Source: the human T2T-CHM13v2.0 reference genome, Homo sapiens. From it: 64,000 nt of DNA. The translations under genes and the position numbers were made by a program. Shown piece after piece: positions 1 through 15,829 of this stretch; the stretch's first letter is position 1, and each line of letters opens with the position of its first letter. The stretch lies in the NCBI RefSeq assembly GCF_009914755.1, contig NC_060928.1. The stretch is one strand, 5' to 3'. The notes beneath the pieces are model-generated. The model made no database searches and had not been told where the DNA came from. It saw nothing but the letters and a program-made list of their open reading frames with translations.

Positions 1-44
1 AATGCTCACTCTAAGGAACAGAAAGCAGTAAAGGGAGTTAAAAT

Positions 45-640
45 GCATTCATTTAACAAATATTTAGTGACATCTTCTGTGTGCCTGGCACACATTTGGC
101 AGGCACAGTTTCTGCCAACCAGAGCGTGCAGTCAAGTTTAGAGACAAGAGGAAGACTTGGAGGCCAATATAAGGCAGTGTGAATGAATAGAAGAATATTG
201 ATTTGAGAAATATTTCGAAGGCAGAATTAATAAGACTCAGTGACAGCTTAGCTGGGTGAGGGGAGAAGGGACAAGCAGAGATCTTGGATGACATCCAGGT
301 GTCTAATTTGGGCAATTGGGTATCCAATGATGACATCCATACAGTGTTTCTTAACAGAAGTGCCAGTAGCATTTTTGACAGGACAATTCTTGGTGTATGG
401 GACTCTCTTGTGCATTTTTTAATGTTTGACATCCTTGGCTACAATCCACTTAAATGCCAATAGTATTGCCTGGTCGTTGCAACATCAAAAAAGTCCCCTC
501 CCATACCCCCACACCCCCACATCCCCAACACACACATTTCCAAATACCTCCTGAGAGCCAGAATACAGAAGGAAGAATGGATTGGGTTTGGGGAGGAGAA
601 ATTAAACCAGTTTAGGGAGTGTTGAATTTGCAATTCTAAT
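45..640 (-). mobile_element. L2 LINE fragments, interrupted by MER20
   Basis: CATTCATTTAACAAATATTTA...TGTGCCTGGCAC is an antisense L2 3' end. The purine-rich sequence that follows resembles antisense L2 ORF2. Boundaries approximate. Confidence 0.55.
342..560. mobile_element. MER20-like hAT-Charlie DNA transposon
   Basis: CAGTGTTTCTTAAC...GACAATTCTT...GTGCATT...ATGTTTGACATCCTTGGC...ATGCCAATAG...ACATTTCCAAAT follows the MER20 layout. Confidence 0.65.
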
Positions 641-1504
641 CAAAGCCTTCCATATCTGTGGAGCATCCAGTATGTACCATCACCTTTCCCTGCTTATTAC
701 CAGCAGGACATAGGCAAGTGGAGATGTCAACTTCCTACTCAAGGGACACTGGTACTGCCCTCACCTACAGACCACAAAATTGGCCCACCTTCCCAGCCAC
801 CACAGAATTCACCTTCTCCCATCAAAACATATTTTTTAAGCAATTACAATTTTCCTTCTTACTACTTCCTTCTCCACATTCTGACAATACCAACATTCCA
901 GAAGTTGTCCAGGGCTAAGAAGAGCTGTGGTCCAGCATTGCATCTGACATGCTAGGGAGACGTATCAAGGGCAGGCTCACTCTCAATCTCAGCTTTTTCA
1001 ATCTTCCAACCTAACTTGGTTCCACAGTTCAGCTCGGTTCACCATAAGCTTCTTTCTTCTGATAACCCATTCAAATGCCCTTGAGTTTGTTCTCACTGTT
1101 TCCTTTACAGGTGATCTGATATTCCCCTCTGGCTCTGGTATTAGAGCTATAAGAAAGACATGCTCCCACATCCCACTGCAATCTCTATAGGACTCACTTC
1201 ATTAACTGATGAAGCCAGTGGCGTGAATGTAATCGCCCAGAGCACACGTGTTAGGTAAAATGGTCCAAGGACAGAGCTTTGTGAACACCAACACTGAAGA
1301 AAGGAACAGTGGTTTAGGCACCCACAGAAGATGCAAGAAGCAAGAGGCACAGAGCAGAAGGAAAACCAGGAGGAGCTACAAAGGAAAATACCTCATGAAG
1401 AAAGGACTGATCCAGTATTAAATATGAAAGGAAAGTCAAATACAATAAAAACTAAAAAGAATATTCTAAATTCAACAATGGGGAAGAAATGAGTATCTTT
1501 GGTT

Positions 1505-1915
1505 TACCAGTTGAGATAAATAGATTATGTTGCGTTAACAAATGACCCCACATACTAACAGCTCGTGATATCATAGAGGCTTATTTCTTGCTCTCATTGT
1601 GTGTCCACTATGAATTATTGGCTACTGATCTGTTCAGGTCCTTCTCACTCTAAGATCCAGGCAGAAAGGATAGCCTCCATCTAGAAGGAAAAGATCAAAG
1701 GAGGAATCATGCAATGAATCTTAGAGCTTCTGCTTGGAAATGTGGCAAACATGATTTTACTCACATTTTATTGACCGAGGCAAGTCATATAGCCAAGCCT
1801 GATGTCAAATGAACAAGGATAATCAGAAAGTTGTCTGGTAGAGAGGAGGTGATAAAAAGAAGTTCCACGGGGAGTGACAGAAAACATTTGTGCACAATAA
1901 CACAGTCTCCCACAC
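1505..1915 (-). mobile_element. Old MaLR LTR (MLT1J/K-like)
   Basis: GATTATGTTGCGTTAACAAATGACCCC...TTATTTCTTGCTC...CACATTTTATTGACCGAGGCAAGTCATATAGCCAAGCCTGA are MLT1J-type blocks. Confidence 0.6.
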
Positions 1916-2434
1916 TGGGCAAAAGACATGGTGTATATAAAAAATTACTATGGAAGAAGTAATTCATTATGGCTTTATCCCTAATTTACCCAATGCAGAG
2001 CTATTATTATCATTATTAACCTTCTGTGTCTCCATCATGTCATCCCCATATTCAAGAGCCATTGTTCCCTCTATTTTGTTCAACTCAGACCTGATCCTTG
2101 TTTGCATTCAGCTCCTACCATCCCTTTTCTCACCTACTAAGTTACTCTTACCACTCTCTATCTCAAGGGACTTTCTTTTTTCCCCCAATCCCTGTCTCTC
2201 AGCTCCTTATGAGCCCACCTCAAAGCCACTCTGCAGAAAGCCATCTTAGATTAAAGCAACTCAGCCCTAACAAACTCCTCTGTTGTACAGTACGTCCTGT
2301 ATTATTTGGTCCCAACACAATGTGCTATGTAAATGCCTGGTGGTGGTTTCAAATGTGAATGTGTGTATAAAACGTTTTGGGAAGACTGAGATTGAGGTGC
2401 AGGAGGGGGTGAGGTGGGAGAATATGGGTTCTGG

Positions 2435-2790
2435 GCTAGTTACCCTCTGGGTTTCTCTCTAAATCTGTTCTCCATCATTCCCTGCCTTGTTCTGTGCCCC
2501 AGGAGGCTGACTTCCATAGATGGTAAAACCAGATTTCCTTACCTTCTGGCTGCCAGTGGGTTCAGCCAATGGGAGGCACCAGTATGAAGACTGGAAGATC
2601 AGAGAGGAACCAGGGTATTTATGCTCTCCCACACCCAACCCCCGCCCTGCTCTGACCCTGGCAGTGGCCAGATGCTGTGGATTGAGCTTCTGTCAGGCAA
2701 CCTCTCTTCCACTATTCAAGCTCCAGTGGCGCTATTCCTGTCTCTTGTTTCTTCAAGCTAGGTCATGGTCTTTTATATTGCAAATTCCAT
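2435..2790. mobile_element. ERVL LTR33-like fragment
   Basis: TTCTGTGCCCCAGGAGGCTGAC...CCTTCTGGCTGCCAGTGGGTTCAGCCAATGGGAGGCACCAG resembles LTR33. Confidence 0.55.
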
Positions 2791-3367
2791 AACTGGAACC
2801 TGAGAGAAGGAGGGCCAACCCCTTCCACTCCTACCCACAACATTCATACACTTTAAGGCATTTTGTTGGTCACCTTTCACCTATACTTCCCTCTGGATCC
2901 TTATATCCTCCTCTTTAAGTTCAAGTCGTCTAGCTGTATTGAGAGGCTAGCATGAAGCCTCTCTGATGGCTAAACAAGACCCCTGCCTCCCAAAGGACAG
3001 ATGCCTGACTGGAGTGATGGCTCATGTGGTCTAGAGAATTCATGTTTCTAAAAAGCCATTGGCCTGAATCTAACTATATAAACATGCATTCATAAAATCA
3101 TGATGCAGAAGACTTAGTAATCCCAGTAAAGTTATCTAGCCTTATTAAAGTGGAAAACAACATAGTGACCATCCCTAGATGACCATGCTAAAGCTTTAAA
3201 AATCAAATTGAACAAAGTATATAAAAGTCCCAAAGAAATGATAGGTTTAGAAGTCCTCAAAGGTCACCTTAATTTCCTCATGCTCCAGTAATTCCACTTT
3301 GGAAAAAAGTAGGGTATAAATTAATCAACATGTGGTCATGGAAGTTATCTAAGGCCTTGCCACTCGA

Positions 3368-3522
3368 AGTGGCCTACAAACCAGCAACATCAGCATACCC
3401 AGGAGCTTGTCAGAAATGCAGACTCTGAGGTGCTCCCAGACCTGCTGGTCACAGTCTGCATATTAATCTAACAGGATTACCAGGTGATTCCTTTGCCCAT
3501 TGACACTGGAGAAGCACTGGTC
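3368..3522. mobile_element. MER5A hAT-Charlie MITE
   Basis: ACCAGCAACATCAGCATACCCAGGAGCTTGTCAGAAATGCAGA...CAGGTGATTC...GAGAAGCACTG. Confidence 0.7.
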
Positions 3523-4006
3523 TAAAAGAGTTCTCAAACTATCCGGGATGAAGAAGCAGTTGTTGTTGTTTTTTTTGTTTTGTTTTGTTTGTTTTTTTGG
3601 TTGCCCCTCCCCCAGTCTGTTGTGCACTGATACCTTAGAAAATATAATAAAAATGAATTACTAGAATAATGAAAAAAGAGATCTACAAAATACAAAGTCA
3701 GACTTTTTATTAGTAGATTCAGACAACACATAATTATGCTATCAAATTGCTGTAGAAATCTTTTAATGCATGCAGTCTATTTCTCTAGATTCCTTGTCAT
3801 TGACAAATATCAGGTCACAGATGGACAGCAGACTATGGATCACACTGAGTAGTGCTGCTCTAAGTTATTGTCATTTTGCAGGCAATCAACAGAGGAAACC
3901 GAAGCCTAGACAAATAATATACCTGAGGTGACAAAGCTGGTTCACAGGAGAGCCAGAATTGAGACTTATATCTCCCAAATTGTTTCCAACAGACCATATT
4001 AATCCT

Positions 4007-4143
4007 TTTGTTTTCTTTTTTTTTTTTTTTTTTTTTTTTTAGTATTTATTGATCATTCTTGGGTGTTTCTCACAGAGGGGGATTTGGCAGGGTCACAGGA
4101 CAATCGTGGAGGGAAGGTCAGCAGATAAACAAGTGAACAAAGG
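4007..4143 (-). mobile_element. Extremely 5'-truncated SVA (SINE-R 3' end plus poly-A)
   Basis: Poly-T followed by TTTATTGATCATTCTTGGGTGTTTCTC...GGATTTGGCAGGGTCA...GCAGATAAACAAGTGAACAAAGG, the antisense SVA terminus. Perfect 18-bp TSD ACAGACCATATTAATCCT at 3989-4006 and 4144-4161. Confidence 0.93.
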
Positions 4144-4379
4144 ACAGACCATATTAATCCTAAGAAACTTTTAAACTTTTATTGAACACTTGATTTGAGC
4201 CAGGTACAGTGTTTTACAGGGATTGTCTTGTACTCACCCCCATTCCTGTGAAGTTGATGCTGTCAATGCCCTCATTTTACAGTTGAGAAACCTGAGGTTT
4301 AGAGAGGTTAATATCTTTCACAAGTTTCCATGACTGAGTGGTGAAGATGAAATTGGAACCCAAGTTTAACCACAATTAA

Positions 4380-5224
<845 letters not shown>

Positions 5225-5817
5225 GTACTTAACCACTATCTCACTCTGCCTCCCCTCTCCTCTTTGTTCATGAATTATTAATTATAGCAACAAACGCATC
5301 AGTTATACAGAACTCATAGGCTTGGGCTTGCAGGCAATTCTACTTCACATGAAAACAACATTCTGGCCCAGTATCCCTAGGGGCGTCTGGAATTTTAATT
5401 GAGAAATCTGTAGGGCTTTTCGATATATTCAAACATCACTGTGTCTGTTACTGGTGCATTACTGACAGTGAAATCCAGTGCCTGAAGCCACCTTCTCTTC
5501 TCCTAGTTCACATTCCCCAGCTGTGGTCTGCATGCCTGGTGAGTGCTCAGAAAATGAGACTTACTGCCTGGCACACTCTTAAACACAGCCTTGAGAATTA
5601 GATTCAGGGTTGACTCTCAAGTGTTGCGTTACATAAAGACCCAGTTCCTGAGGCAGAGTTTTGGGTGTTTCGAGGATACTCGAGGACCTCGTCATCACAT
5701 CACATTTCTTTGAGGCTTAAGGAGCTCTTGGGTGCTCCTGCTTAAAGGAAAGGTCTGGACTGGACCCACATGATTTGGGGGCTAAAAGGGAATGGACAGA
5801 GGAAGACAGGTACTATG

Positions 5818-5894
5818 TTTCTCTCTCTATCTCTTTTTCCATCTCTTTCTTTCTTTCTTTCTTTCTTTTTCTTTCTTTCTTTTCTCTCTCTTAA

Positions 5895-5922
<28 letters not shown>
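5818..5922. repeat. Compound microsatellite: CT/CTTT tract followed by (AC)n
   Basis: Directly visible. Confidence 0.9.
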
Positions 5923-5925
<3 letters not shown>

Positions 5926-5963
5926 TAGATCACCAATTTTTATTTAGCCTAGTGCTTCCCAAG

Positions 5964-6382
5964 TGATATGATTTGGATCTGTGTCCCTGCCCAAATCTCA
6001 TATCAAATTGTAATTCCCAATGCTGGAGGTGGGGCCTGATGGAAGGTGATTGGATCATGGGGATGGTTTCTCATGGTTTAACACCATCCCCCTTGTCCCC
6101 CTTGGTGCTGTCATCATGATAGGGAATTCTTGTGAGATCTGGTTTTTTAAAAGTGTGTGGAACCTCCTCCCTCTCTCTTGCTCCTGCTCCAGCCATGTAA
6201 GACATGCCTGCTTCCCCTTCACCTTCCACCATGATTGTAAATTTCTTGAGGCCTCTCCAGAAGCAGAAGTCACCAGGCTTCCTATACGGCCTGCAGAAAT
6301 GTGAGCCAATTAAATATCTTTTCTTTATAAATTATCCAGTCTCAGATATTTCTTTATAGCAGTGCAAGAATGGACTAAAACA
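5964..6382 (+). mobile_element. MST (MSTB-like) MaLR solo LTR
   Basis: TGATATGATTTGGATCTGTGTCCCTGCCCAAATCTC ... GGACTAAAACA. Confidence 0.85.
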
Positions 6383-6467
6383 TCATGTAGTCACAGATCA
6401 GTAAATCCCAGCTCTTTCCACTTATGAAGAACTGTTTAAAGGCACAGATTCTGGTGGCAGACAATGA

Positions 6468-8525
<2,058 letters not shown>

Positions 8526-8552
8526 AAATCTCTCCTGCTCAATCTAAACAGC

Positions 8553-8965
8553 TGAATTAGTTTCCTAGAGCTGCTGAAACAAAGTATCACAAACTTGGTG
8601 GATTAAAACAACAGAAATTTACTCTATTACACTTCTAAGGGCTAGAAGTTTAAAACCAAGATGTAATCAGGACCATGCTCTCTCTGAAGGCTCCAAGGGA
8701 CCCTCCTTACTTGACTCTTCCTAGATTTGGGTGGTTGCTGTCAATCCTTGACATTCCTTGGCTTGTAGATACATCACTCCAATCTCTGTCTCTGTCTTCA
8801 TGTGCCATTCTCCCTGTTTGTCTATTTTCTCTTCCTAGAAGCACACCACTCATTGGGCTAGAGTCCCATTCCATTATTACTTTAAGTTAAATCATTATAT
8901 CTGCAGACTTTATTTACAAATAAGGTCAAATTTTGAGGTTCTGGGTTAACATGAATTTGGGGATG
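8553..8965 (-). mobile_element. MLT1C-like MaLR LTR (3' LTR of the composite element)
   Basis: TGAATTAGTTTCCTAGAGCTGCTG...CACAAACTTGGTGG...CAAATAAGGTCA..TTTGAGGTT are antisense MLT1B/C blocks. Confidence 0.75.
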
Positions 8966-10333
8966 AACATGAAGCCTTCCCTCTGGCTTCCAAAAATTCA
9001 TCTCTATCTCATGTGAAAAATGCATTCACCAAATCCAATGTCTCCCAAATTCTTAACCCATTGTAGCATCAGCTCTAAGCCTCAAATCTCATCTAGATGC
9101 AGTCAATTCAAAAAGTTCCAAATCTCATCTACTAAATCATTTAAATGATGTATGGGCGAGACCCCATGTATGGTTTGTCCTGGGAAAAAAATTATCTCCA
9201 TTTGTGAGCCTGTGAAACCTAAAAAACAAGTTACTTGCTTACAAAACACAATAGCGAGGCATAGATAGGATAGACATTCCCATTTCTAAAAGGGACAAAA
9301 TAGAAGAAATAAAGGGGTTAGTGATTTAAGGCATATTTGCAACCAAACAGGGCAAATTCCACCAGGTTTCCAGGCCTGAGACTAATTCTCTTTGGCTCAT
9401 CGCTCTGCCCCTAGGCCTGCTGGGGCAGCCCCACCCTTTGGGTTCTTGGTGGCAGTCCTGCCCTTTGGGCACCTGACTCTGCCCTCAAAGTCATTCTTTC
9501 TTCATTTCATCTCATCTCTATTTCATTCAAGATGAGCAGTGTTTCTTCTACTCTCAAAACTCAAATCAGTCTTCCCTGGATGTCAAGGGGATCTATGCCA
9601 TTAGACAAAAGGGTTTTTTACAGATCCTTCCTAGGTAACTCAATCTCTATTGTTGGTTTCTGCTGAGATGGTTGATTGGATCTGTGAGTCACACACCTAA
9701 TCTCCTTAGCAAACAGTTGTTCAACCACACCCTTAGCCCTGTTTCCAGATAGATGTAGAATTTCTCAAATAATCAAGTGCTGGTTCTTTTTTGCCTAACA
9801 GTTTATTCCTCAACTTATATTTTTCTTCTCACAACTTACTATAAGTAACAAAGAGAAGCCAGGCTGTACCTTCCATACTTTGCTTGGGAATGTCCTCAGC
9901 TAAATATCCAAGTTCATCACTTACAAGTTTTACTTTCTATTCAAAAGCTGACCACAAATGAGTCAAGTTTTCTGCCACTTTATAACAAGGAACACTTTTC
10001 CTTCAGTGTATAATAACATGTTCTCATTTCCATCTGGACTTAATTGAAGCACTTTTAACTTTAATATCTGTGGCAGCATTCTGTTCATTAGAATATATAT
10101 ATAATTTCTGTAAGATAATAGAAGTTTTCTCTACAATTCTCCTTACTTCTTTGTGAGTCCTCACCAGAATTACCTTCATTCGTATGTCTGCCAACAATAC
10201 CTTCAAGGCAATCTAGGCTTTTTCCATCATGCACCTCAAAATTCTTCCAACCTCTATCATTACCCAATTTCAAAGCCACTTTCACATTTTTAGGCATTTA
10301 TTATAGCAGCACCCAACTCTTGGTACCAAAATC
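8966..10333 (-). mobile_element. MaLR internal region (MLT-int-like)
   Basis: On the minus strand it begins GATTTTGGTACCAAGAG. ORF 10088-10297 (KNVKVALKLGNDRGWKNFEVH) resembles the MaLR internal gag-derived ORF. Length ~1.37 kb fits a MaLR internal region. Confidence 0.75.
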
Positions 10334-10745
10334 TGTATTGGTCAAGGTTCCCTAGAGATTTGTTTTAAGGAATTGGGAAGCTTGCATATCCAAAATCCAT
10401 AGAGCAGGCTAGTAAGCTGGAAGCTCATGCAGAAGTTAATGTTACTGTCTTGTCTTAAGTACAAAATTTGTAGAGCAAGCCCAAAGGCTAGAAACTCAGG
10501 CAGGAATTAAGTCTGTGTTCTTGAGGCATAATTTCTTCTTTTCTGGAAACCTTGGTTTTGAAGGCTTTTAAGACTTTGAACTGATTGGGTGAGGTCCCAC
10601 CTACATTATCAAGGGTAATCTTTACTTAAAGTCAACCATAGTAGATTTTAACCACAAAATGCCTTCACAGGAATACCTAAATTAGTGTTTGGTTAAATAA
10701 CTGATGCTATAGTATATCCAAATGGACACAAAACTAACCGTTACA
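10334..10745 (-). mobile_element. MLT2 (MLT2C-like, ERVL) LTR in the 5' LTR position
   Basis: TGTATTGGTCAAGGTTC...TTTTAAGGAATTGG...AACTGATTGGGTGAGGTCCCACC...AAACTAACCGTTACA. Shares the AACTGATTG/GCCCAC block with the MLT2 LTR at 31429. Confidence 0.75.
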
Positions 10746-10992
10746 ACTGCTGACCAACACCCCACCCCTCCCTGGCACTCCTATTCCCCTACCTTGACCT
10801 TTATTTACTTTTTGCCACAGCACTTAATATCTTCTAATATATCCTATAATTTACTTATGTATTATGTTAATTACTGTATCATTCTTCCTTGAATTTATGA
10901 AAATAAGGAATCTTTTCTATTCTTTCACTGATATATTCCAAACACCTAGAATAGTGTCCAGCACTCAATAAGTACATGTTGAATGAATGAAT
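10746..10992 (+). mobile_element. L2 3' end, continuing the L2 piece at ~6470-6584
   Basis: CACAGCACTTA...CCTAGAATAGTGTCCAGCACTCAATAA...GTTGAATGAATGAA, the L2 terminus. Confidence 0.7.
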
Positions 10993-11887
10993 TCAGACTG
11001 TGGAACTAACTGGAAAGTTACCATCATTGGATGAATTATTTAGCTCCACTGAACAATTAAAAGCAAATAAGCAAACGAGAATCTACCTCTTAAGGCTGTC
11101 ATAAAGATTAAACAAAATAATGTTTATAAAGGGCCAGGCACACAGAGAGCACTCAATAAACGACATCAATGATTGTCATCACATGTGACAGCTCCCTCCC
11201 ATTATTCTTTCAGCAAATGCTTACAAAGCACCTACTATGTGTTTTGTACAGTTTCAGGCACAGGAGATTCCATGGAGAGTGTAACAAAGTCTCTGCCATC
11301 TTGGAACTTACTTTCTTCTGTCAAAATAAGGTCATGAACTTACAAATTTCCTGCCCTAGATGACTATTTGCTACCTTTTTTATTACAAACTATGGCTCTA
11401 CTGCAAGGTGAGGTTCATGGGCAATAAGAAGATCTTGCCCAGCAGGTGGAACATAGTTGATCAAGGACACGATGGGCATCTACTTCAAACTTCATCCCTC
11501 CTTCACTGTCAAATACTTTGCCACACAACTGTAAGGCCCTGCCTGTCTGAGCAGTGGGATAACACTTGGCCTTACAGTTGGATGGTGGGGCTTCCAAACA
11601 CACAGGGTCAGGGTGATTAGCATCACATCCAAAGCCTCCTCTCCTTCATTCAGGGTGAGCAAGGGCTTATTTCATGTATGACTTAAGCAAAGAAAGAGAA
11701 ATCATTAGAGTGAAATCAAGGAGAGCTTCCCAGGCTGGTCCAGTCTGCACAATGCTAGTTCCAGCATTTTTGAACAGCATTTTGAGGATTCCCTACCCAC
11801 CTAAACCCAGAGGCAGATTCACATGTCTGGGTATGGTGATGTGGGTGAACCCTGAGAAATTGCCGAGGGCTGCAGAGTATCCCCAGT

Positions 11888-12245
11888 TCAATGGTTCTCA
11901 ACTTTGACTGCTCTTTTCTATAATCTGGGGAGCCCTTAAAATTTCTGATGTCCAGGCTGCAAGTAAATCAGAATCTCTTGGTGTGAGATCCAGGCATCAG
12001 TGCTTTTTAAAGTTTCCTGGAGATTCCAATGTGTGGTTGAGATTCAGAACTCCACCCCTAAAGGCTCCAGGTCACACTTTAGACCAATGTTTCTAAAAGT
12101 TTCACATGCATATGAGCCACCTGGGGATCTTGCTAATGGTGCGGGCTCTGCTTCAGCAGCTTTGGTGCTGAGATTCTGCATTTCTAAGAAGCTCCCAGGC
12201 AGACACTGAGGCTACTAGTCAGCAATTACATTTTCAGTAGCAAGA
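11888..12245. mobile_element. Two adjacent MER5-family MITEs
   Basis: CAATGGTTCTCAACTTTGACTGC...AATCAGAATCTCT and CAATGTTTCTAAAAG...CACCTGGGGATCTTG...GAGATTCTGCATTTCTAAGAAGCTCCCAGG. Confidence 0.7.
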
Positions 12246-12385
12246 CTCTACTAATTTCTTATCCAAAATACGCCCTGGAGGTTTGGGTAGTTTTAAAACT
12301 AATACAGGAGTTGGTACTGACTCTAGAAAGAGTATAGGATGGCTCCAAAACTCACAAAGAAATGGGTTTTTCTACAAGCCTTCTT

Positions 12386-12941
<556 letters not shown>

Positions 12942-12944
12942 TAG

Positions 12945-13600
12945 AGAAGTACATGGTGGTGATCAAGAAATGTGACTTCTGGGGGTAAATCGAGCAGATT
13001 CAAACCCTGATTCCACCCATCCCCAGCAGTGTTGTCTTTGGCAAGTCATTTAATTTCTTTATGCCTCAATTTCTCCATCTGTAAAATGGGGATGTTAACC
13101 ATATCTACCTCATAGTCTTGTTATAAAAATTAAATGACAATATAGATAAAGCACCTAGAATATAGGTGGAAAATAGTAAGCTATTTCATCAGTTGTTAGC
13201 TATTATAATTCTTAGAGTTAGGTTTTAGGGTCAAGACAGACATGGGTTTGAATCTTAGCCACGTAACAGCTATGCAAGATTGATCAGGGGATTTGACCCC
13301 TCTAAGCCTTGATTTTGTTATCTGTGAATGCCTAGTCTACCGACTTGCTGAAATGGTCAAAATAAGTGTAAAGCATATGGTGCACAGTAGGCCTCTAAGT
13401 GGTACTTAATGAAGGGTCAGATCTGGGCTAGACTTCTTCAGGTGCTAAGAGTGTGGCTTCTGGCTAACTATGTGACTGGAAGCAGGGTCACTACCTCTCT
13501 AAGTCTCTGTTTCTGTATCAGTGAAATAAGCGATGACAGCAGTGTGGTTGGGAGGATAAATGAGGTATATGAAAGTGCTTTATAAACTGTAAAGCTAAAA
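12945..13600 (+). mobile_element. Cluster of three MIR SINE fragments
   Basis: Repeated MIR core motifs: GGCAAGTCATTTAA...CCTCAATTTCTCCATCTGTAAAATGGGGAT; GGGTTTGAATCTTAGC; CCTCTCTAAGTCTCTGTTTC. Confidence 0.75.
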
Positions 13601-15829
13601 ACGCACGTATAGGTTTAACAGTGTAAAGATATTTCTTTGTCCCCCATTGATGGAAAATGGAAAGTGAGCTTATTTTTTGTGCTGACTGTTGTGGGACTGA
13701 CAAACACTTTCCCGAAGATTTTCTTTCAGTGAAGTGGGAAGTTAACTCAGGTAACATCTCACTTTTTATTCAAGCCTGGTTACACTTTGAAAAAAAAATG
13801 TCATCACTCATTTAAAAAAATATTTTTTGCTTTACAGTGGCTTCTCTGCAAATAAAGTTTGCTTCCATCTCACCCTCTTTTCTTTTACAGATTTTGGTGG
13901 CACCCCTGAGCCAAGATCTCTTCAAGCACATCCCAATAAGTCCATTAAAAGGGGATGGGGAAAGGCTGTGTGCCTAATGGGTCTCTAAAAGCAAAATCGG
14001 ATAATGCACTCCAGAGGGAGCCCCCAAAGAGGGTGAGGTGGCACCCAGCAGTGCCAGGCCACTTGTCTCAGCTAATAAAATTCCCCTAGCAGCCGTTCCA
14101 GGTGCCCAGCCCCTAAGTGCCATCTGGCACCCACATCTTGAGATCTGCCGCTTCTGTGTGTGATCCAGACAGCTACAGCTCACTTCCATGTGGCAACACA
14201 AGTGTATTGACATTTATCATTGGCTTACACTTTCCAGAGCAGAGAGAGACAGGCCTGGCAGACACAGAGGATGTACATCTCTGCGGTATCACACCCAGCA
14301 GCTGACATGGGGGATTACTTTTCTATTCTGTCACCCTTTGGCACAGACGCCTCTGCTCAGTGCTAATGACAATCACTAGCTTGTGCTTTGAACAAGGAGA
14401 GGAGAGAGAGTTACTTCAAAATCTGTGCTCCATGCAAGCACTTCTTTCTAGGACAAGATTATGCAACTTTTGCAGATACAATTCACATTTCAAAAAAAAG
14501 AGAAGGAATATATATCCATATGTTTCTCTTAAAAATACTGTGGCATTATTTGAGCATGTATCTGTGCATTTGTCAGCATGTTCACATATGCATGTGTATG
14601 TGGATAAACAGCGTATAAAAATACAGGTTATTTTCCCACAAACTGTGTCCTAATGTTGCATTAAGCAGCACACTTAGTTTTCCATTATTAGGACTCAGAC
14701 ATTTGTTTCCTATCCCATGAAAGAACTAAAAATCTGCCAGAAAGCCAAAACGTTTTCCTTTCTGTTTAAACTCATTGTAATTCCATTAACAAGAGTCTGA
14801 AATGAGCCCTGAGCAAAAGAGAAAACATGACTCAACTTTTAGAACCCCTGAAAATGCTATGTAAACCAGAATGTTCCCAAACATTGCCTCGTTTATGCAG
14901 GTGTTACCCCATTCTTCCTAGTGGTGTTTTTTTTTTAGGCACAAGCCATTGTTTTAAGGGTGAGCTCATGGTCAAAACAATGCATCTTACATAACTGTGG
15001 CTATCAAAAAAGAAACCTCTCACCCATGTTATCAAGCGTTCTTATTTATGGTGAGCTCACAGTCAAATAATCAGCCTTAAAACCAGCCAGTGAATCATGC
15101 TGCCATGGTGGCAGGAAGATGACGACAGGGTCGACGTTTTGAATCCTCCAGAGAGGAGACCAAGGAGGAAATGCTGGTTGGTGAACAAACGTTTGTGAGG
15201 GAAAACAAAAAGACCTTACCAGGAAGGAATAATGGACATAGGCTACTATTATGCCAAGTGTGTTACCATGAACCATGGAGTAGCTCAATAAATATTATCC
15301 GAGTTGAATTGAAAGATCTCTATCAGCCTGAACAAAGGCAAAGACAGAACTCAAATTCTATTAAGGATATGCATTTGCAAAAAAAGGATAATGAAGCAAA
15401 AGAATTCTACTCGAATGCACTTGACTTTGGATTGACTTTCCTGTCCTCAGGTATTGGGGAGGAGCTGACAAGAATGTTCCCTGAAATAAGAAGGTAAAAG
15501 ATCATGGAAACTAAGAACCGGAAGTAAGAAAGATGAGGTGCCTTGAGTCCAGGGATATGAGTAACTCCAAAGACAAGAAAAATAACTCCTCATCCAGGAC
15601 TTTTGACTTAAAATTATTTTGCCTCCCTATGGGTCTCTTATGGGTCCAGGCCTTCTGGTGCTTGCAAATGATGGCCCAAACCTTCTTGAGGGATATTAAT
15701 CAGTCCATTTAAGTGCCAAATGGAAGCAGTTACGTTCTCACCGTAGAAACACAAATCAAGGGTCAGAAGAAATCTCAAGAAGTCTTCCAAGGCAAGGACT
15801 TTGCAATTATAATAATAAGAGAGATGATG

